A DNA stretch of 63,071 bases, filler included, from Octopus bimaculoides (Eukaryota), in assembly GCF_001194135.2 (NCBI RefSeq). It is 6 parts of 5 records of this genome, joined end to end, with 100 filler letters (N's around TTAATTAATTAA, not from the genome) between each part and the next. Parts side by side here need not be neighbours in the genome. Positions count along the whole stretch, not along the records: positions 51,795 to 63,071 come from NC_069003.1; 5 more parts are not named here. One strand, given 5' to 3'. Below, one piece after another: positions 53,318 through 63,071 of the stretch; within the stretch, counting starts at the first letter, position 1; the number at the start of each line of letters is the position of its first letter. The notes beneath the pieces were generated by a model that did not search any database, was not told where the DNA came from, and saw only the letters and a list, made by a program, of their open reading frames with translations. Position numbers and translations under genes: made by a program.

Positions 53318-54134
53318 CTACATACATGAATAAATTCTGAACAATAGCACCACCTCAGGTCTAATCAATTAAAATTCTTCATAATACCTCTACGTCACAG
53401 CCTACCAAACAGGCTAAATCATTATTCAACAGAGTTCAGCTTACTTAGAAAATTTTAGCTTAATAGAGACCATATAAACCAAATTGAACGGAAATATACC
53501 ACACGTAAATAATAGCATAGTTGTCTGAAACATCAGAGTGACTGTGTATATTATTCTGGTCAAAGAACATTACATACATATGTGTGTGTGTGTGTGTGTG
53601 TATGTGTGTGTGAAGAAGGAGGAATGTGTGTGCGTGTGTGGGGAAGGAAGAGTGAGTGGTGAGTCTAGACCGGTTTTTATATTTGTGGGTACAGATGTAG
53701 GGATGGGTAGTATCGTTTATTGCAGTAGTTCCGAAACAGTGCAGCGCACCTCATAGGTGCAGTGTAATGATTGAAAGGTAATCAAATATCCAGAAACAGT
53801 TTCAAAATATTCATATACCAAAAATAAATATGATTTCAAAATTTAAAATATTATTATGGATTACTTGTAATTGCGTGCATGAGACCCAGTATAAATAGTT
53901 ATAAATAATTATTGATCGAAATTATCATTGTAATATTTTTGTATTATATTAAGTATTAAGAATATAGAAACTAGGATCGGCAAATTGGAGAAGAGAGTTA
54001 TCAATGTCAATGTTCTGACTTCGAATCCGCAGTTATCTAGCTTTAAAGCTCTCTCTCTCTCTCTGGAAACTTTGCGTAGATGTAATATCAACTCATTCTT
54101 TTATACACAGAAATGTATTTTTCTTCAAACCCTT

Positions 54135-55030
54135 GTGGATGATTTTAAATTAGTTTTGGATCAAACAGCGCATTATAAATTTCATCAAAGCAAAACCAGT
54201 AAAGGCGAGGTTATTTGCTCAACTTTGCAAAGTCATGGAATCAGTATACTGCTGCCAACTTCTGCACACGGATGTTCACTGGCTGTCTCAGAGAAAAGTT
54301 TTGAACCAGGTTTTGAAACTGAACAACGAATAAAAGCATTTTTAAAACAAGAAGGGAATCCATTGTTTTCCCAGCTGGATCAGAATGACTGGAGTGCGAA
54401 ACTGGCATATTTGGCCGATATCTTTTCCAGTTTCAATATGTTCAATGCTATTATGCAAGATCGTGACGAGAATATCCTCACGACTATATTTTTAAAAAAG
54501 CTTCAACTCTGGCTAGAAAGAGCGATGCAACATAACCTAGAAAGGATTCTATCGGTAAAGAGCTTTATAACGAGTCAGTAATTGTATGCCCTTATACAGG
54601 AACATCTTGCGACACTTTTAGAAAAAAGCTATGATTATTTTCCATCGTTGTCTACAGAAAAAATCGACTGGGTTACAGATCCTTTGGCAAAGTCAAGCTG
54701 CTTAGATCTGACATTAGATGGGGAGGAAGAATTGGTAAGCGTTTGGAGTGATCGCACTTTAAAAATGAGATACAAGAGTGTGTCACTGGACTCTTTGGAT
54801 ATACAACCAGAAACAACTTCCATGAGTTTCTTCAAAAGCATTATCCATTCTTTTCACAGTTCTCCATGATATATTGCTGTTAACAAGGATTTTCAGTTCT
54901 GACAAATATAAAAAACAACAAAAAAAGGAAAGGCTTCTTTATGTTGATGAGGAAATGAGAGTTTGTTTATCTTAAATTTGGCCGAATATAAAGGAGACAA
55001 CTCATCAAAAAGAAGCCCATACCTTTCATT
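54135..55030 (+). mobile_element. hAT (Buster/Charlie-like) transposase relic, C-terminal half
   Basis: WSAKLAYLADIFSSFNMFN..MQ...NI...FLKKLQLW, EHLATL...YFP...DWVTDP, EEELV...DRTLK, and a dimerisation-domain tail (GFSVLT.IK...EEMRVCL...PNI). Confidence 0.85.
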
Positions 55031-55077
55031 AAATTTGTGTACTTTAATCATATTTATAAGTTATTTGTTATAAGTTA

Positions 55078-56369
55078 TCAGGTTGAGTAAAAAGTAAGCT
55101 ACGTTTTGACTCATGAAGAACTTGTACCAGATGTTTGCAGAGTTTTGAATTCTTTTAAAGCGTTTTTTTGTAGTTGTCTGATAATACATACATAGACTTG
55201 CCCAAATGCATCTATGAACTAACATTGAAATTTTGTTCACCGTTTTCACAGTCATCTGAACTGGAACTTTGGAAACGCGATATTCGAGCAACTTTGGTAT
55301 TCAACATCAAAAAGGATATAAAGCAGCTGCAAATGCTCACAATATCAACGAAACATTTGGTGAAGAAAATGTTCAGTGATCTCAAAAATGGTTTAAACGA
55401 TTTCGCAATGGAGACCTCATCCTTGAAGATCGCGAGCGTAGCGGACGCCCATCTATCATCAATGACGGTCAATTAAAGATCGTCATTGAGAAAGATCCAC
55501 GTGAAACCACACAAAAACTGGCAAAAGAACTTCAAGTTGGCCAGAATACTGCCCCAAAGCATTTGCATGGAAAATCAAAGAATCAAAAAAGATCGGAAAA
55601 TCAAAAAAGATCGACAGATGGGTAACTAAGGATTTGAATGAAAATCAGAAAATGTGCAGATTTGAAATTTGCACGTCGCTTGATCTCCGTAAGCAGACCG
55701 ATCCATTTCTTGACCGTTTTGTAACTTGCGATGATGAATGGATTCTGTACAGTAATAAAAAAAAAGTTTTTCGCAGTGGTTGGACAAAAACGAACCACTG
55801 AAAACCTCCCATCCGAGATCTTCAAAAAGAAGGTTATGGTGACTGTTTGGTGGTGTACTGCTGGATTCATCCATTATAACTTCTTAAAACCCGGAAAAAC
55901 CATTACTGTAGGAATATATTGCTATGAAATTGCCAAAACGAACGAAAAACTGCTATTCTTCTGTCCCAGACTGGTCAACAGAAGGGGGCCATTCATTCTT
56001 CCAGACAATGCTTGACCACACATTTCACTAATGATGCTCCAGAAGTTGAGGGAACTTGCCTACGAAGTTGTTCCTCACACAACCTATTCCCCCAGACCTT
56101 TCTCCTACCGGCTACCACTTTTTGAAGCACCTTGAGGGTTCCCTGCGCGAGAAGGAGTTCAAAAATCAAACCGATGTTGAAAGTGCGTTCAAAAAGTTCA
56201 TCAGAACACTCGACTTTTATGTTATCGGAATGAAGAATCTTGTAACTCGTTGGCAGAAATGTGTTCATTGTCTTGGTACTTAATTTGATGAATAAAATTT
56301 CCGCATTGTTGAAATATATTGTGATAAATTTCATATTTCAAAACGTTGCCTAATTTTTACTCCGACTGA
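55078..56369 (+). mobile_element. Full-length (1292 bp) mariner, inactivated
   Basis: TA|TCAGGTTGAGTAAAAAGTAAGCTACGTTTTG and CAAAACGTTGCCTAATTTTTACTCCGACTGA|TA form TIRs with a TA duplication. Transposase motifs WFKRFRNGD..LED.ERSGRP, WVTKDL, VTCDDEWILY, KKVMVTVWW, PDNA*PH and PDLSPTGYHF. Stops and frameshifts present. Confidence 0.95.
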
Positions 56370-56399
56370 TATATTATATTTAACGCATTATTAGTACTT

Positions 56400-56670
56400 T
56401 TTCTAATTTTTAAATATACTTTTTATCACACAAAATTTGGTGAGACGCAAGCAAATTTTTATTCTGAAAATGCGGCCCAGAGAAAAAGAATTTGGGAGCT
56501 CGTAATTTATTGGTTTAAACTTAGTCAAACTTCTCGCGATGCTTCGCAGCTTATGCTGCGGATGGTTAGATCCGCGACTAACATATTTTAAGTTTTCATT
56601 GTGCTTATGGGACGGTTCGAACTTTCCATCCTTGATGCCAAGGTTTACGTCGAAGGATTTCACAACTTTA
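56400..56670 (-). mobile_element. Penelope-like RT thumb fragment
   Basis: KSFDVNLGIKDGKFEPSHKHNENLKYVSRGSNHPQHKLRSIARSL matches the PLE FLDVxL...KP...Y...SNHP motif. Confidence 0.75.
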
Positions 56671-57331
56671 TGATTCTTTTATATTTCTATTTCTAATCCG
56701 AAATTCTTAAAGAATTTAATAATTTTGTTTCTTGCATCTTTCTACTTCTACCTTACTTCTACTTTTATTATTACAATTTCTTTCTCTCTTTCCATCACCT
56801 TCTATTCTTCCTTGCTAATACACACAGATCTAGCCACATATCACAATGAAACTTTCGTTTGGTGAAAGTTGATAAGCATCTTTCAGTTACATATACGCTG
56901 TCTTCGACTTTAATGCTGTATTGCCTGATGAAATGAACTCATGAACTATGATCCACTTGGTGTCCATGGATACTACGGATTGTACTGTAATAATCCCATG
57001 AATACTCTCTATGGTCATAAGAAACACGTGATTTGTGGAAACGCGCATAGTGATATGTTAAAATATTTATGAATTCCATCCAAGGATTATTATTACTATA
57101 TTTATCCTACATTATATCGGCGAAGCTCCGTGCAATCCCCAAAATCTGTAATGGTCAGTTGGCATCATCAGACTGTAGCTGGCATAATAAAATGGGAGCT
57201 TTCATATGTATATTCGAAACGTTTCTCGTAATTGAATTTAAAGAATACAGACACACACACACACACACACACATATTGTATATATTCATATATGTTGACA
57301 CACACGCGCGCGCACATATATATATATATGT

Positions 57332-57661
57332 GAAGGCGCATAGTGGTTAGAGCATTGGGCTCATAATCATGACGTAGTGATTACGATTCTCGGACCGGAC
57401 TGTGTGTTGTGTTCTTGAGGAAGACACTTTATTTCATGTTGCTCCAGTTCACTTAGCTGTAGAAGTGTGTTGTGACGTCACTATTGCCAAGCTGTATCGT
57501 CCTTTACCTTTCCCTTGGATAACATCGGTAGCCTGGACAGGGGACGCCGGTATGCATGGGCAGCTGCTGGTCTTCCATAAACAACCTTGCTCCGACCTGT
57601 GCCTCGGAGGGTAACTTTCTAGGAACAATCCTATGGTCATCCGTGACTGAAGGGGGTCTTT
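57332..57661 (+). mobile_element. tRNA-derived SINE family D
   Basis: Head GAAGGCGCATAGTGGTTAGAGC with a degraded B box. Body colinear with 15168-15440. Confidence 0.85.
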
Positions 57662-59843
57662 GGCCTTTTCCCCCCATATATATATGTTTACGTTGAGCTT
57701 TTTTGCAGTCTCCTTCTAACAAATCCTCTCAGAAGGTCTGTGGCTATTGTAGAAATCAATTTTTCCAAGGTGCTGCCCAATGGGACTGAACCCAAGACCA
57801 CATTTTTGGTCAGCAAGCTTGAGGCCAAGGGACGGTCGACAAGGCACCTTATTGATTGATTTGTGATCAGGGACATTATATATGGTTTTTGTAATGTAGC
57901 TCTGCTATTGCTGTTGCAAATCTGTTGTTGTTATTGGTTTAATATGCTTATTTACTTCTTGTGTTCTTGTTTATTAACACGCAATGTTGTCGGTTCTAGT
58001 GCAAGCGGTAATGGTTTTGTAGGTTGGTTGTAGTGGTAGTGGTGGATGTGTTGGATGTAGAGGCTGTAGTACTCAAGTTAGCGGTCGTAGTAACGAAAGA
58101 GACAGCAAGACTAGTTGGAATGGTTATGCTGGTGATGATGGTTGGTATTAATGGCGGTGATAATGTTGGCGTTGGTGATGTACGTGGTGATAATGTCGGA
58201 ATAACGCGAGAAGGAGATAATATTTAGCGATATAAAAGAGGAACTATATATTTTTTTTTATTCCTAATGGCTGTCAGTAATCTTTCAGACTTTAGTTTAT
58301 CGCTGTCGTTGTTGTTGTTTTTTATTGTTGTTGTCGTATTTTAATTAACATGTCTTTCGACGAGAGTAATTAGAAATGGTTTTAATCATTTCGTTATTGC
58401 AACTGACGCAAGTACTGAAGCTGTAATAATAATAATAATGACGACAATGATGATGAGCATGATGATGATGATGATGATAATGATGATAATGATGATGATG
58501 ATGGTGGTGGTAGAGCTGATAATAATAATAATGATGATGATGATAATAATCATAATAATAATAATGATAATAATAATAACAATAGCAAAACAAAAATTGT
58601 AATAACAAAAAATTATATTAATGATAATGATAGTGGTGATCATGATAATGAGCATGTTGGTATTAATGGTGATGATGATGATGATGATTACGGCTACGAC
58701 GACGGCAACCCGGATAACGATAAATGATCTCAATACTAATATTAACGATAACGAAGGAAGAGAATACGAGGACGGAGCAAAAGAAATTTATTCAGAATAA
58801 GAATAGGAATATTGGACTAAGATAACAACATCAACGATAACCATTATAATAATAATAATAATAATAATAATAGCGGTATTACTTTTTCTTTATATTTGAT
58901 TATATGAATATGTATGCGTATATGCATACTTATAGGAATGTATATATATATGTATTTGTCTACTATACATGTATGCATATATATGTATATATTTCTATAA
59001 ATATATGTGAATAGATATATATTCTTATATATACATAGATACATACATGCATATANNNNNNNNNNNNNNNNNNNNNNNNNNNNNNNNNNNNNNNNNNNNN
59101 NNNNNNNNNNNNNNNNNNNNNNNNNNNNNNNNNNNNNNNNNNNNNNNNNNNNNNNNNNNNNNNNNNNNNNNNNNNNNNNNNNNNNNNNNNNNNNNNNNNN
59201 NNNNNNNNNNNNNNNNNNNNNNNNNNNNNNNNNNNNNNNNNNNNNNNNNNNNNNNNNNNNNNNNNNNNNNNNNNNNNNNNNNNNNNNNNNNNNNNNNNNN
59301 NNNNNNNNNNNNNNNNNNNNNNNNNNNNNNNNNNNNNNNNNNNNNNNNNNNNNNNNNNNNNNNNNNNNNNNNNNNNNNNNNNNNNNNNNNNNNNNNNNNN
59401 NNNNNNNNNNNNNNNNNNNNNNNNNNNNNNNNNNNNNNNNNNNNNNNNNNNNNNNNNNNNNNNNNNNNNNNNNNNNNNNNNNNNNNNNNNNNNNNNNNNN
59501 NNNNNNNNNNNNNNNNNNNNNNNNNNNNNNNNNNNNNNNNNNNNNNNNNNNNNNNNNNNNNNNNNNNNNNNNNNNNNNNNNNNNNNNNNNNNNNNNNNNN
59601 NNNNNNNNNNNNNNNNNNNNNNNNNNNNNNNNNNNNNNNNNNNNNNNNNNNNNNNNNNNNNNNNNNNNNNNNNNNNNNNNNNNNNNNNNNNNNNNNNNNN
59701 NNNNNNNNNNNNNNNNNATATATACATGAAGATTTTGCAGTTTTAATAAAAGTATGTATACACACAGACACACTCACAGACACACACACAGACACACGCA
59801 TGTCTGAGCGTTGTCTCTGTCTGCACGTACACACACATATACA

Positions 59844-59885
<42 letters not shown>

Positions 59886-60244
59886 CTGATTGTCATTATT
59901 GTTAGTCGTATTAATAATAGCAAAAATATGTTTGTCGTTGTCGTTGCTGTTAATATTTCATATTCTTATTCTTTTTGTAGTTGTTTTTCTAGTGGTTGTT
60001 TTTGTTTTGATGCTTTATATTTATCGGTTATATCCTTCTCTCTGTAATTCTTCTCATGATTATTGTAATAAGCATACAATAAACAATAAGTATTATACCT
60101 ATAATAATAACAACAACAACAGCAACAGCCATAATTATAATGACGTTGATAATTAATAACAACGACCACAACAATAATAAAAATTTAGAAGATATGCCAA
60201 TAAAATAACCACAACAACACAATAATAATATAATGCAATGGTAC

Positions 60245-60279
60245 AATACTATACAACAACAACGACAACGACAACAACG

Positions 60280-60318
<39 letters not shown>

Positions 60319-60348
60319 TTAATAATAATAATAATGATGATAATAATC

Positions 60349-60410
<62 letters not shown>
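60245..60410. repeat. (ACA)n(AAT)n microsatellite
   Basis: Direct reading. Confidence 0.95.
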
Positions 60411-60412
<2 letters not shown>

Positions 60413-60535
60413 TGTCAGTCAGCATGAACAGTAACGGCTGCGAAAACAATGCGCAATATTGACGCTGTGGCATATGGAAAGGACGTTTTAGTAAATTCTA
60501 TTAAAAGTTGGGAACCTTTTCCTTTTCTTCCCCAT

Positions 60536-60780
60536 TCTTCTTCTTCTTCTTCTTCTTCTTCTTCTTCTTCTTCTTCTTCTTCTTCTTCTTCTTCTTCTCT
60601 TTTACTCATCGTCCTTCTTTTTCGTCTTATTAATACTCATCCTTCTTCTCCTCCTTCTCCTCCTTCTCCTTACCACCACCACCGCCACCACCACCATCAT
60701 CATCGTCGTCGTCGTCTTCATCATCGTCGTCATTGTCATCATCATCATCATTATCATCATCATCATCATCGTCGTCGACG

Positions 60781-60816
<36 letters not shown>

Positions 60817-60821
60817 GCATC

Positions 60822-60872
<51 letters not shown>

Positions 60873-60900
60873 AGCATCAGCATCATCATCATCAGCATCA
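60536..60900. repeat. (TTC)n followed by a (CAT/CAC)n tract
   Basis: Direct reading. Confidence 0.95.
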
Positions 60901-63071
60901 TCTGTTTCTTTCCTAGTGGAAAATCTCATCTAACCACTTGCATAGATAAGGCTACACCGCTATCGCTGCACAACTGAAACAGAAATTGATCTTAGTTAGT
61001 AAGGACTGTGTATCATGAATAAATCACCTGTCTATTTTCTCATGAGCTTCAGAAGCTTCCTCCCGAACCACATACTCGTCTATTCACCTTTAGCAACACC
61101 TGCGTAGCACCTCTAATTCTCTTCTAGCCTCGGGAAAGACCAATGATTTGCGAGTCGGTTTCGTACATGAATAAGTAAGCTCATCGTATATACATACATA
61201 CATACATACATTATATATATGTATGTATATATATATATATATATATATNNNNNNNNNNNNNNNNNNNNNNNNNNNNNNNNNNNNNNNNNNNNNNNNNNNN
61301 NNNNNNNNNNNNNNNNNNNNNNNNNNNNNNNNNNNNNNNNNNNNNNNNNNNNNNNNNNNNNNNNNNNNNNNNNNNNNNNNNNNNNNNNNNNNNNNNNNNN
61401 NNNNNNNNNNNNNNNNNNNNNNNNNNNNNNNNNNNNNNNNNNNNNNNNNNNNNNNNNNNNNNNNNNNNNNNNNNNNNNNNNNNNNNNNNNNNNNNNNNNN
61501 NNNNNNNNNNNNNNNNNNNNNNNNNNNNNNNNNNNNNNNNNNNNNNNNNNNNNNNNNNNNNNNNNNNNNNNNNNNNNNNNNNNNNNNNNNNNNNNNNNNN
61601 NNNNNNNNNNNNNNNNNNNNNNNNNNNNNNNNNNNNNNNNNNNNNNNNNNNNNNNNNNNNNNNNNNNNNNNNNNNNNNNNNNNNNNNNNNNNNNNNNNNN
61701 NNNNNNNNNNNNNNNATATATATATAGTTAATAAAAAAAACATATACGAGAAAGAGGCATACTCTAAAAAATATATATATATACTTCTTACAACAGAATT
61801 TTATATAGAGTTACCCAAGGTTTCGCACGCACAATGCCGTGTGGACAGCTCAATAGATTCTATACGAATACAAAATTTTTAAATATCTACGTCGCAGGTG
61901 CGAGGAAACGCTCAGAACTCGACGAATACGAAAAATGTTAATGAGTACAGGTTATTTCCCCTTAATCAGAGGGGGAAAAAGTTCATAGATTCGGAGGCGC
62001 CTAACGAGCAAACGGGAAGATCCACTTTTCTAGTAAGTAGAGGTTAAAGTGGATACATTTAGGAAACACTTTACGGCTGTTTAATGTGCCAAGCTTCGTA
62101 ATGTCCTTAAGAATTTTGGTTTCCTCCAAGATGCAGATCATGTAACGGCTATTTCCATTAATATACGCACTCGGAAAATCAATTAATTTCCACCTGATAA
62201 AAGACTGGGTTGCTTGATCTTTGAGGTGCCACACATGGCCAACCAGGGACGTGACAAACCATCTTTCTGGGATTTTGAAGGATTACTAGCGGTTAAGAAA
62301 TCATTTCTTGAACGAAGTACTCACCGAACCAATATATTTATAAACATGGGATTTGGCCCTATTCGCACTCCTGGTAGCATATGGCGCGGGGTGGGTCATC
62401 CCATTGGTGTCGGAGATGAATGTTTGGTCCTCATCTGAGGTGGCGGAACTGAAGGGGCCATATTCATATATGGTGGTGATACCTAGACCTAATGTCCGTT
62501 ATAAGAGTAACGTAACATCGACCAGCAATATTATTAGCAGATTAACCAGGTCTCACGTCAATACAGTTGCCACACCAAGCAATAATAATCAAGCCTGGAC
62601 CGGCACACAGAGAGCGTCACCGAAGATTCCGGTATCACCGCCACGGATAATGAACAAACCATACATGCAGATAGAGTGACCAGTACGAACGCCGCACCTG
62701 GAAATAATGACCTATCCAGAACCACCTCAGATAAGGACCAAACATTTATCTTCGACTCCAATGCTATGACCATTCTCACGCCATGTTACCAGGAGTATGA
62801 ATAGGGCGAAAAAATTGACACAATGCAGCGGGAATGTAACTTGTGCGAGTGCGTTTATAAATCCATATTTGTTATCGGTTATCTTTAATACTTTTATCGC
62901 TGCATAGCGTATTCGTTTCTTTTTTGCGTCTGGGATTTTATTTTTGATCTATGTAAATGAAGATAATTCCTTCGTTTTGCTGCTTTTCTTTGCAGAACTG
63001 TTATTTTAACGAGTTGTGTCTTTTTATACCGGACTAAACACATCTGGGCCACCGGATGACCCTGAACCAGA

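Noticed and set aside
57105-57185. Kinase-like ITDFG/IARSF words on the minus strand
   Set aside because: They lie in different frames with stops nearby and need two frameshifts. No other kinase subdomains are present, so this is likely coincidence.

Overview
AT-rich animal genomic DNA that is almost entirely non-coding, dense in microsatellites and broken by many N gaps. The repeat content resembles an octopus genome; this is inferred from memory, not from a search. No intact host gene is recognisable, only one candidate orphan exon (48438-48565, minus). Nearly all ORFs in the supplied track are microsatellite or gap artefacts. The interpretable content is decayed mobile DNA. (1) Four distinct R4/Dong-like RLE non-LTR retrotransposons, all on + and all ending at (AAT)n tracts, two of them in tandem. 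(2) L1/Tx1, CR1-group and RTE-like LINE fragments. (3) Three Penelope-like (PLE) fragments: N-terminus, RT thumb and GIY-YIG. (4) One full-length and one partial mariner, a hAT transposase relic and several MITEs. (5) At least five tRNA-derived SINE families. The most interesting structure is a tRNA-headed SINE, present twice, whose 3' tail holds a degenerate minimal type-I hammerhead of the Penelope kind. Both copies carry an inverted piece of their own tail next to the head, and one copy is bounded by a ~12-bp target duplication inside a LINE ORF. This suggests a SINE mobilised by Penelope-like machinery. A 555-bp non-coding element flanked by (AAT)n on both sides is a candidate passenger of the R4/Dong system.
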